A stretch of 63,633 bases of DNA, filler included, from Dicyema japonicum (lineage: Eukaryota > Animalia > Dicyemida), in NCBI GenBank assembly GCA_011109175.1. It is 4 parts of 4 records of this genome, joined end to end, with 100 filler letters (N's around TTAATTAATTAA, not from the genome) between each part and the next. Parts side by side here need not be neighbours in the genome. Positions count along the whole stretch, not along the records: positions 1 to 24,308 come from RDEW01000152.1; positions 24,409 to 52,753 come from RDEW01000002.1; 2 more parts are not named here. One strand, 5' to 3'. The stretch's first letter is position 1, and every line of letters begins with the position of its first letter. Shown here piece after piece: positions 12,511 through 25,527 of the stretch. The notes under the pieces are model-generated. The model ran no database searches, was not told the DNA's origin, and worked only from the letters and a program-made list of their open reading frames with translations. The translations under genes were made by a program, and so were the position numbers.

Positions 12511-14869
12511 AATCACTGATCTAGTATATACAGTAAGAGAAGGGTTACACTTTTTTACTCTAGTTTAGATGTATATTATTTTAGTTATCAGAATTTCAAC
12601 AAGATAAAAGCAAATAACCAAAAATATCAACTTTAGCACAATCGTCACTCTACAAGTAAGTACAACCACAACTAAAAACATTAATCGGATGCATCGGAAC
12701 TAAAACTATAAATTCAAACTCACCATTTACGTTTCTTAGTAGAATTGTCTGACCTAAAAGGAAATAAACAAACAAAATACAAATCACTCTAAGATTTATT
12801 AGTGACAAACTCAAAATTCTATCACTACAATAAATTGTATATTACTAGGACAATCCAACATATTTAGGTTCAACTCAGAAAAAAGTATCTCATAAAGTTC
12901 CTCAGCGAGGTGCTATAGTATTAAATATAAAATACCTGTAAAATTGACTTTCAAACTTCAAAAGGGGTTAACAGCAAACACAAATTGTTGATTATGTAAA
13001 TCCTATAAACTAGCACAAAAAAAGACTTCATTGACTAACAAACAGTTTATGTGGAATGTGAGTAAATTCACTGCCCGTTTCACTTCAATTTAATGATATG
13101 CAAGTGAACTATGTCACAAATGGCCCGCAAAATCTATGAATAAACAAATAAAGAACTTCGTTGAAGTTTAGTCGATGTCAGCAGACCTATATTCTTTTAT
13201 TTTTTAAACGTAGCTTATCAAATTTGAGTAATTTTCATTAGTCACAAACAACACAATAAATGATAGAGGTTACAAGTTAACAATGATATTTTTCAAGGCC
13301 TTCATTGTCGTCAATTGATTTGCAAATGTAAGGAATAACCAAAAAAGGCGCAATATAAGGAATAACCATTATGGGGTTGAATTTTTATAGGTGACCTATA
13401 GTTAAATATATAAAAAACATGTCTTTCAGAATTTGGAAGAGAATTTTCTCCTTTTAGTAATATAATTAGATAAGAATTTATTTGTAGAGCTTACATCAGT
13501 TCCTGGAAGTACAAGAAAAAGCAGAACTAAGATACTCGTGAACTGAATAAAATGTTTCATTAAAGTCTAATAGATTCTCGACTTTATTCAAATTGATATC
13601 CTTCAATTATATATGACAATGCTAAATTTTATAAAAAAAAATAAATAACAATATTAAGCTTAATTACACTTTCGTAGTCTATGTGCTGTCTACCTGCATG
13701 ATTGCAAGGAAGAATACGTCATAATCAGCTTTAGAGATATATAAAGAGCGTTCTGGCATAATTTGATAATTATGAGTGCAACTTATAACCGAAAGTGTAT
13801 TCTCAAACATTCACTAAAAATTAAATATAAAGTCACTGTTTCACGGAATCGCCAAAATTATAATATCTAGAAGAATGGATTTGTGCAACAATTCTAAACA
13901 TTTTTTTAATAATCTGCGAATTGAAGTAAAGTTTACTAGACTGACATCCCAAAAATTATTCGTTTCAGTGACATTAAATCACAAATCTAAATTTAAAAAA
14001 CCAATTCACTTTTTTATTGAATTATTGGTCAACATTTTCCAATGAGATCCATTTAGAGGTGGCTGTAGTGGTCGTGTGCTTTAATAAAGATAATTTAGAA
14101 TAGTAATTACTAAAACAGTTCCTTGTTTTCTCCAAAGCAAGTCCATCGACCAACTCATAAGTCAATCCAACAAATATTATTTTGTGAATATAGTCATCAT
14201 CAATTGAAATTTAGCTAAATACAGACTAAATGCATTTATTTAAACACAACATTATATATTTCCCACAAAGGCGAAATATTTGAAGCCATGTGGAGAATTC
14301 TGAAAAGGAAGTTTGGTCTCCTTGATCGACTCGGCAGATGATATTTACATGAAAAAATTTCCCTTAAATTTTTGAGAAAAATAAGTTAATAAAAACTCAA
14401 GTCCCCAAAGTCAATTTCCATGTAATTTCAAATAAAGGGTAGTAGTTTCAACGACTTAATTGTTGAATATAAGCAGAAAAACAGAATGACGACACTCCAC
14501 AGTCAAACCAAGTCGTTAAAGTTGAGAGGACTATTTCTCGGCGATTTTGAAAAAAGAATCTATAATAAAGAAAAAGAAAACATCAGTTAGGTCCATGAAA
14601 AATATTTCAACTTGTTTTTCGTTAATCGACATGGATTTCGAGAATTGATTCAATTGTTAATTTATTTGACCGGCAGATCTGATAATTTTACGGAAAGTAT
14701 GCTTTATCAAAGATATGAATATAAAAAATGAATAATAAATCAGCTACATATATTGTGAAGATTTTTCACCCCTACCAAATTAGCTAATTGTGTTAAAAAA
14801 ATAATCAAATAAATTAGTAAAAATAATAACGGATATTAAAATCCATATAATACAAATAAGTACATTTTC

Positions 14870-15858
14870 AGTCGTTTCCGAAACTTCCAATTCGACGTTG
14901 ATGTATTTTTTAAGAAAAGTTTAATTTCTCCCAGAAATTGGCGATTTTCTGTCATAAAAAGCTTCATCAGGAAAGTTAGAGTGTTCGGAGATCCGATTGA
15001 AAGATATTCCTATTTGATAATCACAAAACTAGTTAGACTTGAAATTTTGGTATTTATGGAGTCATGGATCCCTCAGAGTCCTTAATATCATCGAGAATCA
15101 TCAATCATCAGTTTATAAACCTCTGAGTCCGCCTTATAATTCCAATTAGGACGCTTTTATTGTAGCAACAAATAAGTTAAGAAACGTGATGTTCCCTTAT
15201 GAAAATATCATATAACAGTGCAGTAATATTCTCAGGACAATCAGCTGATAAAAAATGTAAATTAAACATTCATCATCGAGTATCCTGTTAAATATTAAGC
15301 AGAAAACAAATACTTGTCTTCAATATTAGAATGACATAAATGAAGAAGAATCTGTTCCAGTTTTCTGCAATTTACATTCATGCAATGGTTTACACTTTTC
15401 ATTACACATTTTATTAGTTAATAGTCTAGTCAGAGTCCACATTGCTTTTTTCCTTACAGAAATCTGGAAAACGACTGAAAAGTCTTCAATAGGGAAGTAT
15501 ATTAGGACAACGAGGAGTCGGCATATAAATTCTTATTTTAAAATAAAATACTACTTTCTTGTCTCTGGTTTCTAAGAAGAGCAATTCGAGTAATTGAGAG
15601 TTAGGATCATCCAATTATTGACTAAATAATTTCGACCGCGTTGATGACCTCCAATCTGACCGACTCGACATCATGTAAAGTATAAATCTCATCTAAGAGA
15701 ATGGGACTATTCCTTCCTGTCAAACCCATCCTTTGGGTTTCATAATTCTGGTAGAATTTCAGACCGGCTTCAATGCAGGCTTTATATACATCAACATGGT
15801 TAGCTTTAAAACTACACAATAAAATAACTAAAAAGTACCACGACAGAAAAGTCTTCAA
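14870..15858 (-). pseudogene. Degraded host gene of unknown function
   Basis: Coding-like fragments with stops and frameshifts, and a 29-nt GT-AG micro-intron candidate at 15285-15313. Confidence 0.3.
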
Positions 15859-17449
15859 TAGGGAAGTATATTAGGACAACGAGGAGTCGGCATAAAAATT
15901 CTTCGAAAAATAATTGCCAATAAATCTGAAAACATGTACTTTCTCAGCACCGGGGCACATAGAACAAAATACCAATTTAAAATCAAAATGGAATAAACCA
16001 AGCTCAATATAACCGAAAAAAATAGGACTAAGTTCTAGAATGACGGAATACATATTGATAAGGGGTTTTCTTTTTTACCATGATATTCTTACAGTACTAA
16101 AAGTTGATTCAAATAGGAAACATTTGGTATACAAAAAAATCGAGTACTAGGATCTTATAAAGATTTCAACTAGGAGTTCGTGATGCTCTTTATTTAGCTT
16201 AAATTATAGTTAATGAAAAAACTTTAAATGATAGTGTTGTCCACACAAGCAACTGCTCGAAGATAGACTCAATATCATGAAGTCAGATATGAGATAGGAA
16301 AAAGAATTAATCAAGTATTCACTCAAATTATTTAGCTCACTAAAAAGATAAAATAATCGTAAACCCATTTAAAATCGATTACTTTATGAAATATGGCAAT
16401 AATAAAATCATTTGGATTTTCGAATATGTAGGCTATATTGAAGATCTTAAAGTAAGAAACATTCTATAAAAAAAACTCAAAAACATGCAAAAACACTCGC
16501 ATAAAGTGATATCAGCGGCAGTCCCCACGTCAAGGCACTGTAGATTATCTATAAATAATTGTATGAATTTCTATGAGTTAATACTAGAATCAAACATTAG
16601 TTGTTGACTGATCTACGAAAGGAGATTGAGGAAAAGTGAGGTGGGAGACTTCTGACAAATGAGTACAGAGAAGAGATCTGTTTCTTGTTGATAAAGCCGA
16701 TGAAAATGATATTAAAAAATAAGTAAATATGCTAGAGGTTTTACATGGGAGAGTCGAATCCAAGTTCTTAATAAATTGACAATATTCCTATAAATAAGTG
16801 AAAATTGATGTACTTTGAGTTTCAATACAATTTCTTTAAGGGGAAAAGTACGTGGTCCTGCCCAAGGATTTTTTGTTTGTCCCACTCGCCGTTGAGATGT
16901 CTGGTTCCCTTGAGCTTGCAACGCTGTAATTCTTGAGTCGTCTAGGGAATCGGATCCCTACACGATCAGGAGACCCTCGTGAGCGTGCTGGTTATTTGAA
17001 CAAATCTCGCTCGCCATCCTGAGAACGATTAGCCACGCAGTCAGGGAGCCGCTATTTGACCATTTACTCTCTTTTCTTTACTAAATAAAACATTCAATTT
17101 CTTTAAGTAATAAGTAATTCTATCGACAAATATTTTACTTTTTGTAAGATCATCATAACAATCACAAATCAAATACTATAAACCAACTTTTTATTTAATA
17201 TATTTTCTTAAAATTTATTTTTATTGTAAAATAAATTATTTTATAATTTATTGATAAAAGCGATCCAAGCTAAATTGTGAATATTGAATTTTAGAAAACT
17301 TTATAACAAAATGCAAAGAATGTAGAAAACTTTATAACAAAAATGCAAAGAAACTGTCTAATGTCTTGAACTGTCTCACTGGCTTATGGAAGTAAGGAAA
17401 TCATCCTATTTTGAGTACTATATAAAAAACAATACATTCAACAATGCAT

Positions 17450-17700
17450 CTCTTACGCTGCATGTGATATCTGGGGCCCATTCATCTCTTGGACAGATGT
17501 CTTGAACTTTGAGGCTAGCAGAATAAGAGACTCCAAAATCACGGAACGCTGGATTTCTGAACAGTTCCACTCACCAATGCATCTCGAAGCCATGATATGC
17601 ACGAACGATGAGTCATTCGGCCGATACGTGCATGTTTGGGGTAGAGAAAGGAGCATCGGATCATGATAAGGTCTCTGCTATATCGTGCTGAGATCACGTG
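17450..17700 (-). repeat. Dispersed repeat family C, second copy
   Basis: Alignable by eye to 7466-7740. Confidence 0.6.
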
Positions 17701-18394
17701 ATTAGTTAGTTTGGCTAACCATAGGTCTCTTGTGTAGGTATTATTATCACTAGCGACAGTGTGTGTAGTATGGTAAACAACGAATACCCGCAAAAGTGTA
17801 ATGAGGTAGTTAAATACATACATCTGTACCCCTGCCGTCAATGTGAAATTAAGGAGACTTGGAGACTCAACATACACTTCATGAGTCTATTGTTGCGAAC
17901 AGATTAAAATGGATGCATTATTTGTCACGGATTCTAAGTTACAGAATAACTAACCCGAATTTTTCGCGCTTACATCAGAGCAACCTCAAGATGTTGATAA
18001 AAGTAGGAATTACTTCGCAACAGAAATTAAATTGGCTAGAGAAAGATATATTATCATTAGTTTCCCATTTATTGACATGATTTTTAGAATCATTAAATTC
18101 CTTTTTTTATTTGAATCTCCTTTATTCGAAATTTATGAGTAAATAACAAGAAAAGTTTTAATAAGTTAAAAATCGAAATCTTTTATTGTCCCGTAAAAAA
18201 GTAAAAAGATAAATTTGTGGTCACATTGAAAAACCAGCAACATGGTTTTCTTAACCAACGTCTGATGATATCGGATATGACTGTCGTGGGCTCGAATTCG
18301 AAAGATATTTTATAAAGAATACAAAGTCAGCGAGTTCTGTTATCCCATAAAATAAAAATTTGAATGACCAAGTTTTTTTAGCTGTCGAATATTA

Positions 18395-18757
18395 CAAAGT
18401 AAAGACGGACTTGGGTATTTGGTGGCATTTCTTAACTTCATCTAGAAAAATAGTACCTCTATGAGTTAGTTCAAAGCAACCCTTACGTGCTTCTAACATA
18501 CCTGTGAAGGCTCCTTTTTCATAGTTAATAATCAATGGTCCCTTCGTGTATGGTCCGCAGTTAATGACAATAATTGCTATGCTTACGAGGGCTTTGAGCA
18601 TGAATAACTTTTGAGAAGACATATTTCCCACTCCTCTCATTTTCCTGTAATTAATACAGTGATATTAATAGGTGCTACCTGCATGACTACATGAATGGCA
18701 CGTTTAAGGCGCTTCATTGCCAAATTTTTGATTGATACATTGTAATGCTTCTTCCAT
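18395..18757 (-). pseudogene. Bacterial sigma-54-dependent activator (NtrC-type AAA+), decayed 5' half, Bacteroidetes-like
   Basis: Joining frames gives MEEALQCINQKFG..LKRAIHVVMQVAPINITVLITG..GVG..IHAQSPRKH..INCG..YEKGAFTG..RKGCFELTHRGTIFLDEV.EMPPNTQVRL (Walker A, GAFTGA loop, Walker B); no introns. Confidence 0.9.
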
Positions 18758-18804
18758 TATGTTTTATCTTAAAAATTGAACCTTGTTATATAACCTGGCC
18801 ATCA

Positions 18805-19420
18805 TGTTATAGACAGAGCGTTACCATCGCATCCACTTACATTGACATCTGCATAAATTCTTTGCTTACTATTCTCTTTAGGAAAAATAATTACTTGTTC
18901 CACTATTCCTCTCTCAAAAAAACTAATTGGATTTTTAGAATTTCTTTCAATTAAGGCTCGATAGATCTTCCCAATATCCATCTGATTCCGGCGTGATGAA
19001 TGACCTTGTTGACAGGATATAAACGTCTTTTTTTGCCTCTAAGGTTACATCATCTTTGGATTTCGTAGCCTCTAAAAAACCAGGGCTTTTAGAGTACCAA
19101 AACATATGTGAAAAATCATATTAGACCACTTCCATTAAGGTCAAAGTCTCTTGTGTAATTCCTTCGGTTCGATCAAAAACCAGTAATCATATCAGAAGAA
19201 ATGGTACAAGTTTCCCTTAAAATAGTCCGAATGGCTTTATTTTTCCCTAATAAGAATCCCGGTCATAGATTCTATTCATCAACATGAGAACCAACCCTAC
19301 TGTTACTACTTTGTACAGGATGGTAGATGTGTTTACAAATATTGTCATATTTTTTTCATAGTATAGAGTACTCACCGGTAATATCTTTGAGATGAGAAGT
19401 ATAAAAAACGAACCCAGTGC
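18805..19420 (-). pseudogene. miaB: Bacterial tRNA methylthiotransferase MiaB, decayed C-terminal half (radical SAM end + TRAM)
   Basis: Joined frames: VRF.TSHLKDITGE.LYTMKKYDNICKHIYHPVQSSNSRV..LMNRIYDR..AIRTILRETCTISSDMITGF..QETLTLMEVV*YDFSHMFWYSKSPG..DDVTLEAKKRRL..RNQMDIGKIYRALIERNSK..VIIFPKEN. Confidence 0.9.
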
Positions 19421-19657
19421 TTCATAATTTTTACACTGTGGCCAATGCAAAAAAAGTTGAAGGCAGGCTAAAAAGAGATGAATTTTCTCGTAGTCGTCAA
19501 GAGGCAGGAAGGGAACTCTGACGTTTAGTCATAAAAATCTAAATTTTACAAATAAATATCTCAAAAATCAATCTAAATAATTTCTTAAAATTATTTAAAA
19601 AAAGTAAAAAACATTTTTATAAACCAAAATAAAATTTTATGACGTAATTATTATAAA

Positions 19658-20938
19658 ATGTCAAAGATGTACGGTTGGTATTTTTAATAATTTGATAGTT
19701 CACATGATATTAATAGATTCTTTGCATCCAATCACCATGAAAGATATATCGAACATCCAAGATTCCTTCGAACACGTGTTAAGTTTATTAAGTAGATCTA
19801 ATCTTCTCAATCATATTCAATATATCGGATTCATAAGAATAAATAGACGACCAGAGGTTTTTAATCGTTATAAAGATAAGATGATTTACGAAATTGAAAA
19901 TTTTACCCAGGAAATTACATTCATTTTAAATCAACTAAATAATAAATTTCAGAATTTTTTAAAAACGACACTTCGAGTCAAATCAGTTTATTCCACCATT
20001 TCTAAAAGTTTCAAGGAAGCTCTTAGTTTGATCAATGGATTTATTTGTCATCGCCACAAAGTAATATACTATTAATTGCAGATTAATCTTATCGGAAGAA
20101 TTTTAATATTGACTGCTCAACCTATTAACCAAACTTTGGAGGTGTTACAAGCGTCTATTTCCGAAATGAACACGATTAACATACAAGTTATTATTTAATT
20201 AAATTCAGGATATTCATGTGGCTTATTTCATAAAGAAAATCAAGATGCTAAGTCATTAATGATAAAGAACATGGAAATGCTATCATCGACACATGTCAAT
20301 TCTGGTTTATTAATATTAATAATATAGATATACTTTCCATGAATTGCTTTTTAAAACACTACTTTCTTGCCAGTATTCCTCCAAAGAAAATAAAATTAAA
20401 ATTCCCTAGTGACGGTCCTCTCATTTACTGTGATAGCCAAGACATGCTAATTAATCCGCGGGGGTCCACTTAATGGAGTCTTTACTGTTTCCCATAAATT
20501 ACCACGTGAAAATATTTGTGAAAGTTTATTTTTTGGAAATGTATGGTTATTATTAATTGTTAGCCTTATATTCTTCAACCATCAAGAGATATAATTGAGT
20601 TACTTCAGGATCTAATGATAATTTATTTGCTGTTCTTTGTTATGAATTAATGATTCGGGTAAATATAATATATAATCATAGAAAGAAGTAATGGTAGTTA
20701 AAGATGGAATTATGAATGAGTATATTGTACTTCCATGTCAGGATATCTTATGCAAAAATAATCAACTGCCCTCCTTCTTCGTCAGTTGGCTGCTGAGGAT
20801 AATATAATTCCGATAAACCTATTAAATTGTCCAGAATTATTCAATAGGAAAATTACGAATTCCTTGAACGATGTATTCATTGGTTACATTTAGTTAAATA
20901 AATATGATACATACTCATTTGGTTATCACCGAAAATAA
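19658..20938 (+). pseudogene. M1AP: Meiosis 1 arrest protein homologue, 8 exons, about 4 frameshifts
   Basis: Introns 19674-19698, 20061-20081, 20187-20208, 20305-20327, 20541-20563, 20659-20681, 20873-20893 (21-25 nt, all GT-AG). Motifs DILSMNCFLK, LIYCDSQDMLINP, ICESLFFGNPYILQPS, FAVLCYEL, YIVLP and LLLRQLAAEDNIIP occur in the same order as remembered M1AP motifs (DIVSMEIFFK, LKCDLQERLLCP, LCESLTYGLPFILRPT, FHALCHSL, YVIMP). Confidence 0.7.
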
Positions 20939-21188
20939 TATTTAATTTCATTTGGTTTTTTGTTAAATTTAATTTGTTTCAATTTTGTGGTCTAATCGTA
21001 ATCCCTCGTCCCCGCGGATGAACGTAAATTACGGCTGACTGATTTTTCAGGGTCACATTCCCGTGATCTTGAGTCTAGTCTCATAAGGGCATCCAGAAAC
21101 GTCGGTCCGGTTCGGTGATATCCACAAATCAACGCTCTGTTACTCCGGAAGCCTCTGAGTTCAAATTTAATACCCATCATTAAATATA

Positions 21189-21470
21189 TAATAATAATAA
21201 TAATAACAGCCTTTTTCACGGAGCGTGGTATTAGCTCCGCATAGGCAGGACACACACTTTATTTTAAGTAAAGAACAGTTAATTTAAACTAATCGTAGAA
21301 CCAAGGAATGATCTTCACTTCTTTTTTCTTTTTCTTGTGTGAGTGTCCTTTCTAGACAATCCAGTTCCGCAGTGAGTATTCACTGATGACGGCGTCACTC
21401 GTCAAACCCTTTCCGCATCGTAGATGCGTGGAACTTCCACCAGGTGAACAGCAGCGAGATTCGAACCCGT
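21189..21470 (-). mobile_element. tRNA-derived SINE (same family as 9339-9650), 5' truncated
   Basis: High visible identity to about 9385-9650, including the B box and the tail. Confidence 0.75.
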
Positions 21471-22301
21471 ATATATAATTATTTAAATTAATATACTATT
21501 TATTATTACGTAATAAAACAATCAAAATAATCTAGCAGAGATTATTTAGTGGTTGTTCCCTGCCAACTGTCAGAGAAATCCTTTGGAGCAATTATTCGGT
21601 TTCCCAACTGAAGTTATTTTTCATTTATTTATATATTTGAACATACAATGTGGATTACTGCCCATGTAAACTCAAACATTAACATTACGGAACACCGGCG
21701 AAACTTCCTCAAAATGTTCAGATTATCAACTCTATTACTTTATTATTATTAATAGACCAATTTTTTCAAAATCATGAATATAAAAATAGCTAAAAGAAAA
21801 GTAAATAACTAAGAGTTCGTTAATTACGCAAAAATTCGTTCATGATGCAGTTTTATATTTTTTGCCAAATTACGCCAACTTAAATCGATTGCAAGTTATA
21901 AATATATTGTAATTTACCGTTGCAGTTCATTTAAAGCACAGCTTTTTTTGTAAATTGGTAACGCGTGGTTATTACTGGCTGCTATTAGGTTGTATTATTA
22001 GCATTAAATGTTTATTGTGGATTGCAGTATATTATTGAACTGCGGAGTTGACATATTTTCTGACATGCTGGTTGTTTTTCATGATTTGACAATAACTGCC
22101 TTATTGTTGCATTTTAAAGTTTTAGAATGAATTTGGAAAACGCAAAAAACAGTTTATTGAAATTTTTTCATCATTGGAGACATCGCATAAGAGATGTTTG
22201 TTCTTTGGGCAGAGTTTTTATGTGCAGAATACAAAACAACCAATACATTTAGTTCAGGTTTTTTGTGTTTTTTACGTTTTTAGATGCCTTTAATAATTGG
22301 C

Positions 22302-22699
22302 TTATGTATATTTATTGTGGAATTGTCTCTAATATCAACCCAACCACAGTTAATACTCCTTCCTTACAAATCCCTCAATTTTCAGCAACAGAACAAAAGA
22401 CTTCTGAGGAATTAAATATTATATCTCATGGAAGTGAAACATTATCAGAGTTACCGCGTATCGAAAGGAAAAGCCATGTATCTGCAAAATCCCGAGCAAT
22501 GCAGTTTCCTCATGATTTATATTCTGTACAAGATCAACTAATGTGTGGATTTTGTGAACAATCTTTGAATTATCGTAGACTTAGCCAGATCAAGGATCAT
22601 ATTGGATCCAAAAAACATTCATTTAACAAGAAGGCTTACCGTAAATATTTGAAGATTATAATCAAAATTGTAATTCAATTATTTTTGTTCTTGTTCTAA
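22302..22699 (+). CDS. CGGBP1-like zf-BED protein or hAT N-terminal fragment
   Basis: SAKSRAMQFPHDLYSVQDQLMCGFCEQSLNYRRLSQIKDHIGSKKH matches the CGGBP1-type CxxC...H...H finger. Confidence 0.65.
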
Positions 22700-23340
22700 C
22701 ACTTTTTGGTTACATTTACTCAATATAATGACAAGGGACATGTTTATAGCAGTTAAAATTTTAATTATAACAATTAAAAATTAGCATTGTAGGATTTATA
22801 AACCAAATAATATATCATTTAAAAAATATAGCGCTTAAAATTTTTCATTGTATATTATTAAAACAAAAATGTCAACTGATCTAATTCAAAACTATTGTTT
22901 TAATGAGTCTAGTGAGATGTTGTGTTATTTGAATTGTTTAGTTAATTAATTAAGTATCCCAGGCCTCACTAACTTGTAAAAGGTCAGAAGCTATTAAATA
23001 GGACGCAGCAAATTCCGCTCGCTCCCATAGATCGGTCAGACCCCGCTTGTAGACGAACGTTGGAATACTTTATGATACAACATCTTGAAGAAATCCGATT
23101 TATCTAAATCTTCTATTTTTAATTATTGTTGTAGCACTTTAAATTGATAAAATTAAATTGTCAACGCCGGAAATGTTCCCTTAATTTTGAAAAATCGATT
23201 ATGTAGTACAGAGTTATCAATCTTGAAGATATCTCTTTAATCATTGATTTTTTAGAAAGAACAAAATTATTAGTGAAAGTTAAAGTAGATTATTATTACC
23301 TCCAGGATCACTGGTTCAAAGAGAAAGAAATAAAAAGTTT

Positions 23341-23785
23341 TCAACTAAGTGATCCCAGATCGACAAAGGAGAGGACGAGTCTGGTGGGTCTAGAATCCTG
23401 AACAGCTCTTCTCATTGGACATGACATCGGCTCAAAATTTATGTATGATTGTAGATATTTCGATAGTGTATGATATAGAGGGCAGGTCGGTAAACTATCC
23501 TCCATAAGAGTTTCCGTTGTAATTCGATTAAGAGATTTCCAATGGGCTTGATTTTGTGCTCTAAGTCCAATTAACTTTATTGCGGTCTCCTCGAATGCGG
23601 ATAGTTTCATTGAGGAGGATCGTGTAATCTGCATTGCCAACGAAGGACTTGCATACGTCATCGTGGGTCGAATAAATTGTTTATAAATCGTGGCAAAAAC
23701 ACCAGTTTGGCCTCTAAGTGTTTTTGAGAAAATTTTTAAAATTCTCATTTTCCTCAGAGCAGAAGTTACTATGTTCCCAACATGT
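23341..23785 (-). mobile_element. Jockey/I-like LINE, 3' fragment
   Basis: IYKQFIRPTMTYASP post-RT motif. Confidence 0.7.
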
Positions 23786-23805
23786 CGGATTTATTTAATT
23801 ATATT

Positions 23806-24110
23806 TATTAACCCGGATACACCGAGAAAGAAGTTAAAGTAAACAACTAATTAAGTGTATCCAGTTTCCACTTCTACAGAAACGAAGTCCATCCGGAATC
23901 AGCATAAAAAGTAAGATGTCCATTACATGCAGTTGTGGAAACCCCTCCAGTGGAGTGGGGGAAAGCAAATGATCCTTTTTCGTGCCGGCCTGGCACTGGG
24001 CGGCATCTAGACAGGTGAATCACATGACGCCACTCTAATAGGAAGAGACTAGAGGAACAGACAAGAAAGCAGAAAACTTCAACCAATTAACCACGCAACA
24101 CCACACCACA
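23806..24110 (-). mobile_element. SINE-like element, subfamily B, with double-pseudoknot core
   Basis: About 300 bp homologue of 48137-48450 and 51215-51533; core at 23971-24031. Confidence 0.8.
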
Positions 24111-24189
24111 TGTCGGATAAAAAGTAGATTAAAATTATTATTTAATTAAATAAAATTCAATTTATTTTTGAAAATTCAATTAATTCCTG

Positions 24190-24308
24190 ATCTATGTTGC
24201 TAGTTGGTAAAAAATTATTTTCTTTCCCTCTGATGGCGTCATTTATCCACCTAACTGAGGAGACGCCTAATGCTTGGCCGGCATCAAGAGAATCCAACTA
24301 TTTTCTAC
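24190..24308 (+). mobile_element. SINE-like subfamily A copy running into a gap
   Basis: Core GGCGTC atttATCC a CCT aactg AGG a GACGCC ta ATGCT tggcc GGCAT caaga GAAT. Confidence 0.7.
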
Positions 24309-24352
24309 NNNNNNNNNNNNNNNNNNNNNNNNNNNNNNNNNNNNNNNNNNNN

Positions 24353-24364
24353 TTAATTAATTAA
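24353..24364. other. Artificial contig linker TTAATTAATTAA between N runs
   Basis: Palindromic 12-mer with stops in all six frames, flanked by Ns; identical at 52798-52809 and 58271-58282. Confidence 0.95.
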
Positions 24365-25019
24365 NNNNNNNNNNNNNNNNNNNNNNNNNNNNNNNNNNNN
24401 NNNNNNNNTTAAATTCGTGATTGAGAACAAAAAAATTAACAACAACATAACTATGTCAAATGAACACGTCGATATATATAATTTAGGTTACTTGTTAAAA
24501 AGATGAATTTCTTTTAATAATTGAAAAATGATATTTATATAATTTTTATAATTATTATAATTTTATTTTCTTTAATTCATTAATCAAGAATCTTCTATTC
24601 CATGCTGCACTATTAATGGGTCATTTACATTGAAGCCACGTAGTCCCATGTGATGCTATTTACTAATTTGTTTAAAATTAGTCTTTTTTTCTTCTGATAA
24701 CCTCATTGGATCCACCTAACCAAAATGACGCTGAATGCTTTGCCGGCATTCATAAGGATATTACTATTCTTTCCCCGGGAGACAATTTCGTTAACTCGAG
24801 TTGATCTTGAGAGTTCTAGTGACTCTAATTTTTTTTCAAATCGTACCTCGAAACACATAGTCGAATAAAGTCTATTCGGTTAACAAGAATTTTCCTTTGA
24901 CAACAAAAAATGTTATAGTTTTTTTGAAAAAAAAACAATGTTTAAAAACAAACTCCGTTGATTTCCTGATCTGCATGACCTCATGCTCAAAAAGCTAGAA
25001 ATTATGATGATCATTCAAG

Positions 25020-25480
25020 AAATACGCAGATTAAAAAAGTTAAAAAGAATAATTTTTGGATAGCTCAGTGCAGCGAATTGCATCGAAAAAACACAAACTT
25101 TTGGAAAGTCTATAATAAAGTAACCGGACGTAAATCAAGAAATGAAAATCATGTGTTGCAATGTCATGATGGGTCTCCTGTATTTTTAGAAGAAATTCTT
25201 AACCTGATTAGGGACGAACTCTCGAAAATACAGCAAGTTAACCCTGATGAGCGACTGTTTCGTTTGGCCTTCAGTTCTCTAAAAGAAAAGCTGGAAAAAG
25301 TAATTAGTTCTTTATCTCTACGTCACAGCCCCATAAATGCTGGAGAAGTTGAAAATGCGATGAAATACACTAAACTTTAGTGTATTCTCTTTAGTGATCT
25401 CTTTAGTGACTAAAGAGATTCATACTGGAGCATCTGAATTCTGTCTGCTACTTATAACACTGCGCCATCCCACAAAAATT
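25020..25480 (+). mobile_element. LINE ORF2 linker-region fragment
   Basis: FWKVYNKVTGRK...PINAGEVENAMKYTK, typical of the region between APE and RT. Confidence 0.5.
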
Positions 25481-25527
25481 CCTAAATGTTTGTTATAGGG
25501 TTTTCAGATTTGTTTATTATTATATTA

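Noticed and set aside
13330-14330. Possible Merlin transposase traces (also Tc1-like traces at 3360-3870 and piggyBac-like traces at 44900-46640)
   Set aside because: Too decayed to support by eye; needs a translated search.
21383-21410. CTGATGA plus hairpin in the tRNA SINE
   Set aside because: No GAAA after the stem, and it lies antisense to the SINE.
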